A DNA stretch of 64,000 nt from Nitrospirota bacterium (GTDB lineage: Bacteria > Nitrospirota > Thermodesulfovibrionia > Thermodesulfovibrionales > UBA9159), in contig JAMCQB010000049.1 of assembly GCA_023382175.1 (NCBI GenBank), positions 2,888 to 66,887 on the forward strand, written 5' to 3'. A model generated the notes under the pieces. That model did not search any database. It was not told the origin of the DNA and saw nothing but the letters and a program-made list of their open reading frames with translations. Of this stretch, positions 55,481-64,000 are shown piece by piece. Each line of letters starts with the position of its first letter. The first letter of the stretch is position 1. A program made the translations under genes and the position numbers.

Positions 55481-56572
55481 TTACTCCGGTATATTCCTAA
55501 ACAGATAAACTGCTATGCCTCCAAAAATGGCCGGCATGAGCCACGCTGCGACAAAGGGTGGCAAGATGCCTGCATATCCCATGGACAGGGTTCCTGTATA
55601 CCCCACCCAATAGAGAAGACTGACAAATATCCCGATGGCTGCGGTGATAAGGCCGCTCCCCATGTGTCCTTTCGACGCCAACGCAATGCCGAGGACAAGC
55701 ATAATGAGATTGATAAGGGGATATGAGATTCTCGAATGGATGTCCACAGTGAGCTTGGTGTTTCTGAAGCCCGCCTTTTTTAATCGTTTCGTATATGCCG
55801 TGAGCTCCCTCACATTCATCTCTTCAGGCTTCTGCATATCCTCCCTGAAGACGTCGGGGGAATCGATGACATCGGATTGAAGCTCCTTGTACGTTGCCAC
55901 CGTGCCGTCCTTAATCTTATATTCAGTCACCCCCCTGAGATACCAGATTCCTTTTTTCGGATTTTCCGCTGCTTCCCGCGCAGGCTTCCACTGGGCGGAA
56001 TCCGCTTCGATCCGTTCTGTCAGCATGTAATCGTCCATTTTCATGATGCTCACCCCCTGGACGACACCCTTGTCCGGGAGGAACAGGTCGATCTTGACGA
56101 TGGCGCCCTTTGCCCTCAGCCAGACGGTTCCCTCCTTAAAGGTGAGGACATTCTCTCTCTTGGAGAGGGAATCCCTCAACTGATGAGCCTTTCTCGAAAA
56201 ATCAGGGACAACAAACTCACCTATTAAGAAACCGGCTATGCTCAGCAATACCCCTGAATAAACAAAGGGCATGAGGAGGGCCTTAATGCTGCCGCCGGAT
56301 GCCTTAACCGCCGTGGTCTCCTTCTTCCTCCCTGCCTGGCCAAAGACGAACAGACCGCTTATAAGCGCTGCCATGGGCATGAGGTAGAGCAGGTATTGCG
56401 GCAGATTCAGACCGGAATACAGGAGGAGGTCACCCATGGACGGCCTGTTGGGAATGAAGTCATTGATCTTGTTGATGAGCTCCATCAGACTGAAGGTGAG
56501 GCCGAGACCGCAGGCGATAATGGCGAACAGTTTCAGAAATTCCTTGAGATAGTACCGCTGGATTATTTTCAT
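55481..56572 (-). CDS. lptG: LPS export ABC permease LptG
   Basis: MKIIQRYYLKEFLK is an LptF/G-type N-terminus, with 6 TM segments. Its start overlaps the lptF stop (TAATG). Confidence 0.8.
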   Translation of the reverse strand: MKIIQRYYLKEFLKLFAIIACGLGLTFSLMELINKINDFIPNRPSMGDLLLYSGLNLPQYLLYLMPMAALISGLFVFGQAGRKKETTAVKASGGSIKALLMPFVYSGVLLSIAGFLIGEFVVPDFSRKAHQLRDSLSKRENVLTFKEGTVWLRAKGAIVKIDLFLPDKGVVQGVSIMKMDDYMLTERIEADSAQWKPAREAAENPKKGIWYLRGVTEYKIKDGTVATYKELQSDVIDSPDVFREDMQKPEEMNVRELTAYTKRLKKAGFRNTKLTVDIHSRISYPLINLIMLVLGIALASKGHMGSGLITAAIGIFVSLLYWVGYTGTLSMGYAGILPPFVAAWLMPAIFGGIAVYLFRNIPE

Positions 56573-57651
56573 TACCGGGCGCCCGCCTTCCTGAATGCCA
56601 GGAGGGAAGAGATGCCGATGATGAGCGTGGGGAGCCATGCACCCACGTAATGGGGAATCTTTCCGGTTCGGGCCATATTCTCACCGTACACCAGCATTAT
56701 GTAAAAAACAGTAAAAACCCCGAGGCCGATGGTGAGCCCCCCGAGCCTTCCCGACTTGCCGGAGAGCAGGGAGAGGGGCGGCCCGAGGAACATGAGGAGC
56801 AGACAGAGTGACGGCAGCGACAATCTCCTGTGCAGCTCCAAAAGGAAGGGTATCTTCCCCTTCGGCTCTTTCCCTTGGGCCTCTTTGAGGAGTTCCCGGG
56901 GCGTCATCTCGCTGTTCTTCCTTGTGGGTCCTTCCGTGGAGAGGTTCAGTGAAAGGTTATAGCCGCTGAAGAATATCTCGGTTGAGCCCCCGGGCCTTAC
57001 GATATGGATAAAGCCGTCCTTCATGTACAGGGAAAGATTGTATTCCCTGTCAGCGTAAACCCTCCCTTCCTTTGCCGAAAGAACCTTCGGCTCTTTCGGG
57101 TTCCTGCTGTCATAGATGAAGATTCCCCGCATCTCATCAGGCGCCGGTTTATTTCGAACGAGGATGACGATGTCCCTGAACGACGTATTGAATATACCGG
57201 CCTCAATAGCCATGGGCGCCTTCTGCGTAACAATGCGCGCTATGGTATCTCTCACCTTGCCCGCGCCGAACGGTCCGAGAGAGAAACTCACGAGGAGTCC
57301 CATAACAAAACAGAGAGACCCGAACAAAAGCACGGGCAAAGAAATTCCCCCGAAGGACATCCCCGCGGTCTTAAGGATGGTCAATTCATTGTCAGCGTTC
57401 AACCTGCCGTAGGTCAGCAGCGTTGCCAGGAGAAGTGACATGGGTATGGTGAGAATCATGATCTGCGGCTGCAGATAAAAAATGATTCTTGCCATGTCGG
57501 ACACGGACGCTCCGACTCCTGAAAGTATACGGCTCAACCGCAACACTTTTTCCATCATCAGAATGAAGTTGAGAAATATGAGGCTCAAGGAAAAAGTGAC
57601 CGCCAGTTCTTTCAGGATGGCCCTGTGGACGATTTTCAGAGGGGAGCGCAT
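56572..57651 (-). CDS. lptF: LPS export ABC permease LptF
   Basis: LptF/G (YjgP/YjgQ) family topology. The start is set at ATG 57651, overlapping the TPR gene stop (TAATG). Confidence 0.75.
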   Translation of the reverse strand: MRSPLKIVHRAILKELAVTFSLSLIFLNFILMMEKVLRLSRILSGVGASVSDMARIIFYLQPQIMILTIPMSLLLATLLTYGRLNADNELTILKTAGMSFGGISLPVLLFGSLCFVMGLLVSFSLGPFGAGKVRDTIARIVTQKAPMAIEAGIFNTSFRDIVILVRNKPAPDEMRGIFIYDSRNPKEPKVLSAKEGRVYADREYNLSLYMKDGFIHIVRPGGSTEIFFSGYNLSLNLSTEGPTRKNSEMTPRELLKEAQGKEPKGKIPFLLELHRRLSLPSLCLLLMFLGPPLSLLSGKSGRLGGLTIGLGVFTVFYIMLVYGENMARTGKIPHYVGAWLPTLIIGISSLLAFRKAGAR

Positions 57652-58211
57652 TACTTTCCGTATATCAATTTCTTGAAGCACGGAGAATTACGGATATTGT
57701 CATAGGTCTTCGAGGTCTTTATATACGACCAGTTATTGTACCCTTTTTCCATGGCTAAATGGAGCCATTTGCACGCCTCAAGAGCGTTGTTCCTTGCAGC
57801 ATGGAGTTCGGCCATGCTGTTCAATGCATAAATATTGTTCGGACTGATTTCGAGGGACTTGCGGATATCCCTCTCAGCCTCCTCATATTTTCCCATGAGG
57901 ATAAAGGTGAACCCTCGGTTGTTATACGCCATGCTGTTCCCCAAGTCCAACTCTATCGCCTTGTTAAGGTCGGAGATGGAATGTTCATACTGCCCCATTT
58001 CCTGATACGCATTTCCCCTGTTGATGTAAGCCTGAACAAAGAAGGGATTTAACTCGATCGCCCTGTTGAAGTCGTCAATGGAGAGATGATAGAGACCTTT
58101 TCTTTGATAGGCGATGCCCCTGTTGTTATAGGCGCGGTGATTATCAGGGCGCTCTTCTATTGCCCTGCTGTATTTGGCAATGTCAAAATCATATTTCCAT
58201 GTCTTTCCCAT
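57651..58211 (-). CDS. tetratricopeptide repeat protein
   Basis: At least four TPR units (AYNNRG.AY...G.Y..AI.D..KAIEL.P). Confidence 0.8.
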   Translation of the reverse strand: MGKTWKYDFDIAKYSRAIEERPDNHRAYNNRGIAYQRKGLYHLSIDDFNRAIELNPFFVQAYINRGNAYQEMGQYEHSISDLNKAIELDLGNSMAYNNRGFTFILMGKYEEAERDIRKSLEISPNNIYALNSMAELHAARNNALEACKWLHLAMEKGYNNWSYIKTSKTYDNIRNSPCFKKLIYGK

Positions 58212-58429
58212 AATGAAAAGATGAATTCATTTTACCTTGTTACAATACTATATTACAACATTACACCATGACGCACCACGAAGGTGCAGCGAACTGTCTT
58301 TTTATTCCACACCGTGTTGTAAAATAAACACAGGTTATATGCTCTCTTTCCTCTGAAATTCCTGCTTTTTCACTTGGTTTGTGATGGCATGTTTATTGCT
58401 CAAGAATGAGAGCGTGCAGCGCTTTTTGC

Positions 58430-58458
58430 TTGACAAAGGGTATATGAAATGCTATATA
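58430..58458 (+). promoter_or_regulatory. near-consensus sigma70 promoter upstream of the porin gene
   Basis: TTGACA-N17-TATATA, implying a purine-rich leader of about 180 nt. Confidence 0.45.
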
Positions 58459-58645
58459 GTTATAAGCTTTATTGGGCGCAGCTTTCTCATGAAGAGAGCT
58501 GCAGGCAATTAAAACAGCAGAGACTGTTGCAGAAGGGGGGGTGATAGCGAGAGAAAAAAGACGAGAAAGCAGAAAAACAGTGAGTGTGAAGATCACAGTC
58601 CGTCCTTGACGGAAAAATACTGAACTAACCAAGGAGGGTTAGGAA

Positions 58646-60004
58646 GTGAAAAAATATTTGGCATTGATTTTAGGCGCGGTTTTTGTACTCGGCTTTGCAG
58701 CCAGCGCCTTTGCCATCCACGCTGAGATTCCGGCAGAGACTCAGGCGATCGTGGCAAAGGGCCAGACCCAGATAACAATAGGTGGGGATCTCAGGGTGAG
58801 GGGTGAGTTCCAGCAGAACACATCCGATCTCAGTGATGATAAGGCAGATCATAATTCATACTATGATCAGAGGATAAGGCTCTCGATAACAGCAGATGTG
58901 ACCAAGAATACACAGGGATATATCCTGATCGAGGGAGGCGGAGGAAAGACATCCGCCAATTGGAACTGGGGTACAGATAGTGGTTCTAAGGGTATCTATC
59001 CCTTTGGTGATGCCAAAAGGGGTGACCTGAATCTATTAGAGGCATGGATTCTGCACAAAGGCTCAGGACTCCTTGGAATCCCTGCGGGTATTAAGATCGG
59101 CCATATGCCACTTGCCCTCGGCAACAAGCTCTTCTTTGATCACACCCTTTATGGTGATGATGCCATCGTCCTCTTTGCAGACCCCACAAAGGAGCTTCAT
59201 ATCGGTCTTCTCACTGCAAAGTTTGTAGAGGGTGTTGTAACGAAGAACGACGATTCGAATGGATATGTCGGCCTGTTTGCTTACAAAACAAAAGACTGGG
59301 GCATCAGCGGTGATGTGACCTTCGTTGATCACCAGAATACCTTCTTGGTTCCCCCAGCTCCAGCTGGACAGGATGCCCATCTCTGGAACTTCGGTCTCAG
59401 GGGCAATGCAAACATCTCAGGCCTCGGCATAATGCTTGATGGGGAAATGCAGACGGGAAAGATTACCGACACAGGTGCTTCAGATAAAAAATTCCGTGGC
59501 TATGCATTTGTGGGAGGACTTAACTATACCTTAAGCGGTGTAAAACTCGCCGCAGCATACGGCTATGGAAGCGGTGACAATGACTCAGACAACAAATTCG
59601 AGACCTTTGTCACATCCCTCTCGAATTACCAGACCGGAACTCCGGATACCTATGTCTACGACTATCGGGTAACGAGTGCTGCAGGCGCATTTAAGACCGG
59701 TATCGCAAACACCCAGTATATAAAGGTAGATGCCTCAGCATCTCTGGCAAAGGACCTCAGCGGCTATCTCGCCTATTTCTGGCTCAGGGCCAACAAGATA
59801 ACGACAGCACAAGAAGCTCTGGGTGCAAACAAGAGCGTCGGCTCTGAAATAGACGCCAAGGTGACCTATAAGATCGACAGGAACCTGACCTACTTTGTTG
59901 AAGGTGGCTACCTCTTTGCAGGGGATTTCTATAAGACAAAGACTGGTGGTGCAGAGCCTGACAATGCCTATGCAATTAGGCACGGAATCCAGCTCACGTT
60001 CTAA
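58646..60004 (+). CDS. outer-membrane beta-barrel porin (family not assigned)
   Basis: The signal peptide ends AFA. The sequence has an alternating beta-strand pattern and a C-terminal ...GIQLTF. GTG start lies behind AAGGAGGG. Confidence 0.6.
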   Translation: MKKYLALILGAVFVLGFAASAFAIHAEIPAETQAIVAKGQTQITIGGDLRVRGEFQQNTSDLSDDKADHNSYYDQRIRLSITADVTKNTQGYILIEGGGGKTSANWNWGTDSGSKGIYPFGDAKRGDLNLLEAWILHKGSGLLGIPAGIKIGHMPLALGNKLFFDHTLYGDDAIVLFADPTKELHIGLLTAKFVEGVVTKNDDSNGYVGLFAYKTKDWGISGDVTFVDHQNTFLVPPAPAGQDAHLWNFGLRGNANISGLGIMLDGEMQTGKITDTGASDKKFRGYAFVGGLNYTLSGVKLAAAYGYGSGDNDSDNKFETFVTSLSNYQTGTPDTYVYDYRVTSAAGAFKTGIANTQYIKVDASASLAKDLSGYLAYFWLRANKITTAQEALGANKSVGSEIDAKVTYKIDRNLTYFVEGGYLFAGDFYKTKTGGAEPDNAYAIRHGIQLTF

Positions 60005-60030
60005 GGATCAACACGCAAAAGCGTGATATG

Positions 60031-60059
60031 AAGGCGGGTCGCATGACCCGCCTTTTTTT
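60031..60059 (+). terminator. intrinsic terminator after the porin gene
   Basis: AAGGCGGGTC-gcat-GACCCGCCTT followed by T-run. Confidence 0.75.
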
Positions 60060-60138
60060 CGCTCCGGGGATGGCCGTTCACTGAAGGATCCGCTTGCGAG
60101 TCATCGTGAGTCGTTCTGTTCCCGGGGACTCCCATCCG

Positions 60139-60167
60139 TTGAATTTCTTTCCCGTCCACACTATAAT
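60139..60167 (+). promoter_or_regulatory. putative sigma70 promoter of znuA
   Basis: TTGAAT-N17-TATAAT. Confidence 0.45.
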
Positions 60168-60183
60168 GGAGTACCGAAAAAGC

Positions 60184-61101
60184 ATGAAAAAGCTTATTCC
60201 TCTCATCACATGCATCTTTTTTTCCCTTTCTCTCGGGATCTCTTTTGCTCATGGAAAACCGGCTGATACGGAAAAGATCCCCGTTGTGGTGAGCATTTAT
60301 CCTTTAAAGGACATGGTTCAGCAAGTGGGCGGCGACAGGGTTCAGGTGGACTTTATGGTACCGCCGGGGGCATCGCCTCATACCTTTGAGCCAAAGCCGT
60401 CGGATATGATGAGAGTGCACAATGCGAGGATGTTTGTGATTGTCGGCGCCGGCCTTGAGTTCTGGGCTGAGAAGGCCATCAGGTCGGCCGGGGGAAAGGA
60501 TTTGAAGGTCCTCATCCTCTCCGACGGTCTTCCCCTTATCTATGGCGCAGACTCTCACGATGAGCACAGAGGGCTTCAGGGACAGAAGAGAGCGGACCCT
60601 CACGTGTGGCTCGATCCCGTGTTAGCGAAGGAAATGGTGAATGCGATCGCAACAGCGCTCGTTGCTGTGGATTCATCACACGGACGATATTTCAGGGAGA
60701 ACGCAGAAAGATTCAAGAAAGAAATCGACAGCCTGGATGCTTTCATCGCGGAAAAAGTAAAGACCTTCAGAACAAAGGAGTATGTCACCTTTCACCCCGC
60801 GTGGAACTACTTTTCGCGGAGATATGGGTTGAGAGTTGTGGGAGTTATCGAAGAGTCGCCGGGAAAAGAGCCGAGTCCGAAACATATTGCGCGGCTCGTA
60901 AATGAGGTGAAACGTATCAGGGCCAGGGTGGTCTTTGCAGAGCCGCAGTTCAGTCCGAAGGTTGCCGGGGTTATTGCGAAAGAGGCGGGCGCGAAGGTTC
61001 TGTTTCTTGATCCCAATGGAGGACCCGGGCTGCAAGGCAGGGACACGTATATCGGCCTCATGCGGTATAATCTCTCTGTGCTGGAAGGAGCGATGAGGTG
61101 A
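60184..61101 (+). CDS. znuA: metal (zinc/manganese) ABC transporter substrate-binding protein
   Basis: Signal peptide, the SPHTFEP and DPHVWLDP motifs, and a His-rich loop (HDEH). The start is set at ATG 60184. Confidence 0.85.
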   Translation: MKKLIPLITCIFFSLSLGISFAHGKPADTEKIPVVVSIYPLKDMVQQVGGDRVQVDFMVPPGASPHTFEPKPSDMMRVHNARMFVIVGAGLEFWAEKAIRSAGGKDLKVLILSDGLPLIYGADSHDEHRGLQGQKRADPHVWLDPVLAKEMVNAIATALVAVDSSHGRYFRENAERFKKEIDSLDAFIAEKVKTFRTKEYVTFHPAWNYFSRRYGLRVVGVIEESPGKEPSPKHIARLVNEVKRIRARVVFAEPQFSPKVAGVIAKEAGAKVLFLDPNGGPGLQGRDTYIGLMRYNLSVLEGAMR

Positions 61102-61102
61102 T

Positions 61103-61195
61103 CCGTTACTCGTAATGCGTGACACGTGACACGTCCGGAGTTTAAGGCGCAGTCCAAAACATATGCCCGTCACGCGTAACGCGTTACGTGTTACG
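61103..61195. repeat. CGTAATGCGTGACACGTGAC-type palindromic element, intergenic copy
   Basis: The arms ccgttactcgtaatgcgtgacacgtgacacg and ccgtcacgcgtaacgcgttacgtgttacg are separated by about 33 bp. Confidence 0.65.
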
Positions 61196-61203
61196 ATATT
61201 GGT

Positions 61204-61995
61204 ATGTCAAAGGCTATCGAACTCAAGAACTTATCTGTCATCTTGAACGGCAGGGAGATACTCTCGGAGATCAATCTCGATCTCGATGAAGGGAAGTTTC
61301 TTGGAATCGTTGGTCCCAACGGCGGAGGGAAAACCACCTTCCTGAGGGTGATCCTCGGGCTTGTCAAACCTTCTGCAGGCGAGGTTCTTGTCATAGGGGA
61401 AGAGCCGAAGGAGATGGTGAAGAGAGGGGCCTTTGGTTACCTCCCCCAGCATCTGAACGTGGATCCTGATTTTCCTGCCACGGCAAGAGACGTGGCGCTG
61501 ATGGGGTTGGCAGGAAGGGGTGGCCTGTTCAGAAGGCCCTCAGAAAAGGATATACAAAAGGCGGAGGAGATGCTGGTGACCATGGGGATGTCGGGATATG
61601 AAAACCATACCTTCGGCTCTCTTTCAGGCGGTCAGCAGCAGAGGGTCTCTATCGCGCGGGCGCTCATCAGCGACCCGAAGGTGCTCATCCTGGATGAACC
61701 GAGCACCGGTATTGATGTTGTGGGACAGGAGGACTTTTATCATCTCCTGAAAGGAATACAGAAGAGACTTCATCTCTCCATCATCATGGCATCCCATGAC
61801 ATCGGGGTCATCTCAACCTATGTGGACGAGATCGCATGTCTGAACAGGACCCTTCACTATCACGGCAACCCCCTGGGCGCGTTCAACGACGAAGTGCTCA
61901 GGGAACTCTACGGAAAGAGCATGGAGATACTCATGCACAGCACTCTCTGCGACCGGTGTGAACGCCTGAAACCCGGATCGTCAAACCCTGCCTGA
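61204..61995 (+). CDS. znuC: metal ABC transporter ATP-binding protein
   Basis: Walker A GPNGGGKTT, signature LSGGQQQR and Walker B LILDEPS. Confidence 0.9.
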   Translation: MSKAIELKNLSVILNGREILSEINLDLDEGKFLGIVGPNGGGKTTFLRVILGLVKPSAGEVLVIGEEPKEMVKRGAFGYLPQHLNVDPDFPATARDVALMGLAGRGGLFRRPSEKDIQKAEEMLVTMGMSGYENHTFGSLSGGQQQRVSIARALISDPKVLILDEPSTGIDVVGQEDFYHLLKGIQKRLHLSIIMASHDIGVISTYVDEIACLNRTLHYHGNPLGAFNDEVLRELYGKSMEILMHSTLCDRCERLKPGSSNPA

Positions 61996-62019
61996 CCGCT
62001 CATTGGAGGAAGAACAGGA

Positions 62020-62820
62020 ATGCTCGAAATCTTGTCATACGGCTTCATGCAGAGGGCTTTTGTTGCAGGGATCGCCATGGCGCTCTTTGCAGGAATCATC
62101 TCTGTCTTTGTGGTCCTGCGTCGGGTTTCCTTTCTCGGTTCCGGTATCTCCCACGCTGCCTTCGGCGGAGTCGCCATAGGCTTCTTCGCAGGGATCAATC
62201 CGCTCCTCACCGCTTTTCTCTATTGTATCGCTGTCTCCTTTGCCATCGAGATCATCAGCACCAGGGGGAGGCTGGCGGAAGACACCGCCATCGGGATATT
62301 CTTTTCAGCTTCCATGGCAATGGGCGTGATGCTCATCAGCCTTTCGAAGAGTTATACGGTCGATCTGTTCGGCTACCTCTTCGGAAGCATTCTCGCCATT
62401 AGCAGCGAGGAGGCATACATGGCGGTTGTCCTGGCAGCGGTGGTCGTGGGGATCTTTCTCATCATCATGAGAGATCTGCTGTTCATCACCTTTAACGAGG
62501 AACTGGCCGTTGTGAACGGCCTCCCTGTTCGGCTGATAAAGTCTGTGTTCCTTGTATCCATTGCCATCGCCATAGTCATAGGAATAAAAATTGTCGGTAT
62601 CATACTCATTTCCGCTCTTTTTGTGATCCCGGGGGCTGCGGCAAAACTGCTCACGCAGCGCTTCTACAGCATGATTGCCATATCGTCCGTCATTGCGGTC
62701 GCCGCCACCGCATCGGGTCTCATTCTCTCCTATATTTACGACCTCACACCGGGGGGGACCATCGTGATGCTTCTGGCGGGGTTTTTTGCGGTTGCATTTC
62801 TTATGCGCAAGGTTCGATAA
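62020..62820 (+). CDS. znuB: metal ABC transporter permease
   Basis: Topology and motifs of the ZnuB/ABC-3 family, and its operon position. Confidence 0.9.
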   Translation: MLEILSYGFMQRAFVAGIAMALFAGIISVFVVLRRVSFLGSGISHAAFGGVAIGFFAGINPLLTAFLYCIAVSFAIEIISTRGRLAEDTAIGIFFSASMAMGVMLISLSKSYTVDLFGYLFGSILAISSEEAYMAVVLAAVVVGIFLIIMRDLLFITFNEELAVVNGLPVRLIKSVFLVSIAIAIVIGIKIVGIILISALFVIPGAAAKLLTQRFYSMIAISSVIAVAATASGLILSYIYDLTPGGTIVMLLAGFFAVAFLMRKVR

Positions 62821-62873
62821 GTTTCCCGCATCTGTAGTTGGAGAAGATTCCCGGGAATCAGGTATAATAACAA

Positions 62874-63281
62874 ATGGCTGAAAAGATACGACCGAACCTG
62901 AACTTCACCCTCCTCTGCGATGACGTGAGGCAGGAAACCGGAGGAAAAATAAGTCTGATGGGCATCTTCGAGAATGTCTACGCTACCCAGTTCCCTGCGG
63001 TGCACCCGAGGCTTGCGACAGTGAATGAATGGGCTGAGGGAAGGGGGGAGTTCGACACAACGCTCAGGATCCTTTCCCCTGACAGAAAGAGCATCCTGAG
63101 GGAGACGATGGCAAGGCTGAAGCTCGGTGATGCACGGTACAAGCACAGGGATATCTCCATTCATCTCAATGTGGAATTCAGGGAGCCGGGGGTATACTGG
63201 ATCGAGAATTACCTCGATGGTGTTCTGGTGAACTCGGTTCCGTTACAGGTGATCCTGGTTAAGGAAAAATCCTTTCACTAA
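62874..63281 (+). CDS. hypothetical protein
   Basis: 135-aa ORF with coding-like composition. No family was confidently recognised. Confidence 0.45.
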   Translation: MAEKIRPNLNFTLLCDDVRQETGGKISLMGIFENVYATQFPAVHPRLATVNEWAEGRGEFDTTLRILSPDRKSILRETMARLKLGDARYKHRDISIHLNVEFREPGVYWIENYLDGVLVNSVPLQVILVKEKSFH

Positions 63282-63287
63282 AGTTCT

Positions 63288-63833
63288 ATGATGCAGGAAA
63301 GCGTGGACCGTAAGAAACTCGTCGAAGAAAAGATCAGGAACGCTGAGGCTGAAGCCCTCACGAGTCTTACCCTTATCAGACGGGTGGTGAAGGACTATCT
63401 GATTCACGAAAAGGGTTACGGTGACGAGGACATTGAGGTTGATGCGGAATTCGGGATTATCGTGGACAACAGGGAAACGCCGGTATCGGTTGACTATATT
63501 CTCAAGATCCGGGGCAGGAGATTCATGGTCATAAAGTGCTCTCCCGGGGCGGTGGAATCCAGGGAGAGGCATCTTGTCTCTTTTGCGCGGGTGGTGGATG
63601 CATACCAGATCCCCTTTGCCGTGGTGACGGACGGCGTCCATGCACGGATACTGGATACCCTGAAAGGGAAGGTTATGGCAGAAGGGTTGGATTCCCTCCC
63701 TGAGAGGCGGCAGGCTGTAGAAATGCTGAACTCGACGGAGTTCAGCCCTTATCCTGCAGAAAGGATGGAAAAGGAAAAGAGGATCCTCCTGGCCTTTGAG
63801 GCGATTAAGTGCACGGAAGAATCCTGCGAATAG
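63288..63833 (+). CDS. hypothetical protein, possibly HsdR-N/PD-(D/E)xK-like nuclease fold
   Basis: The pattern D(Y)...V(I)KC with preceding acidic residues is reminiscent of type I restriction HsdR N-terminal domain proteins. The assignment is weak. Confidence 0.35.
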   Translation: MMQESVDRKKLVEEKIRNAEAEALTSLTLIRRVVKDYLIHEKGYGDEDIEVDAEFGIIVDNRETPVSVDYILKIRGRRFMVIKCSPGAVESRERHLVSFARVVDAYQIPFAVVTDGVHARILDTLKGKVMAEGLDSLPERRQAVEMLNSTEFSPYPAERMEKEKRILLAFEAIKCTEESCE

Positions 63834-63871
63834 CTACGGATATTCATTTCCTTCGAGGTGAGGCGTAAGGA

Positions 63872-64000
63872 TATGAGAATGCTCCTGGTTGAAGATGAGA
63901 AGAATGTTGCAGCCTTTATCAAGAAGGGGCTGGAAGAGGAATTTTACGCGGTGGATGTTGCGGAGGACGGCGGGGAGGGGCTCCTGATGGCGACTTCAAA
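63872..64000 (+). CDS. response regulator, N-terminal receiver fragment (3' end outside window)
   Basis: MRMLLVEDEKNVAAFIKKGLEEEFYAVDVAEDGGEGL is a typical OmpR-family receiver N-terminus. Confidence 0.75.

Noticed and set aside
58236-58268. TGTAAC/TGTAAT-like motifs upstream of the TPR-lptFG operon (minus-strand reading ggTGTAATgtTGTAATatagtatTGTAACa)
   Set aside because: The spacing is 8 and 13 bp, not the strict 11-bp phase seen at the ten Pho-like sites, so it is not called a Pho box.

Overview
This is a 64-kb bacterial chromosomal window with GGAGG-type Shine-Dalgarno sites and anaerobe-style content (an AOR-family oxidoreductase, a Tat-signal ferredoxin). The lineage cannot be determined from this sequence; a Nitrospirota/Thermodesulfovibrio-like origin is only a guess. 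The left half (1-30 kb) is a dense phosphate-starvation island containing a phnM-like gene, a PHP phosphoesterase plus glycosyltransferase, phoH, phoA, psiE and pstSCAB-phoU. Ten promoters in this half carry phased 11-bp Pho-box-like direct repeats placed 10-11 bp upstream of a -10 hexamer. Embedded at 11-25 kb is the most unusual content. It comprises a paralogous family of eight 50-70 aa four-cysteine ORFs, all in Pho-box transcription units. Alongside these are four cysteine-less HMA-like (HMA2-type) domains and a P2-type cation ATPase carrying one of those domains. The cluster also holds a DUF5132-like membrane protein, a protein built from tandem 22-residue repeats, a MetK-like paralog with degenerate signatures and a metallophosphoesterase. 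I consider this a candidate undescribed Pho-linked cation-handling system, but its function is inferred only. The right half is mostly housekeeping: uvrB, birA, coaX, galT, leuS-lptE-holA, rpsT, rpsU, dnaG-rpoD, tRNA-Met, pit, lptFG and znuABC. Several palindromic and short tandem repeat families occur, and three copies sit in frame inside coding genes (the ATPase once, leuS twice). No CRISPR array, rRNA gene or clear mobile element was seen.
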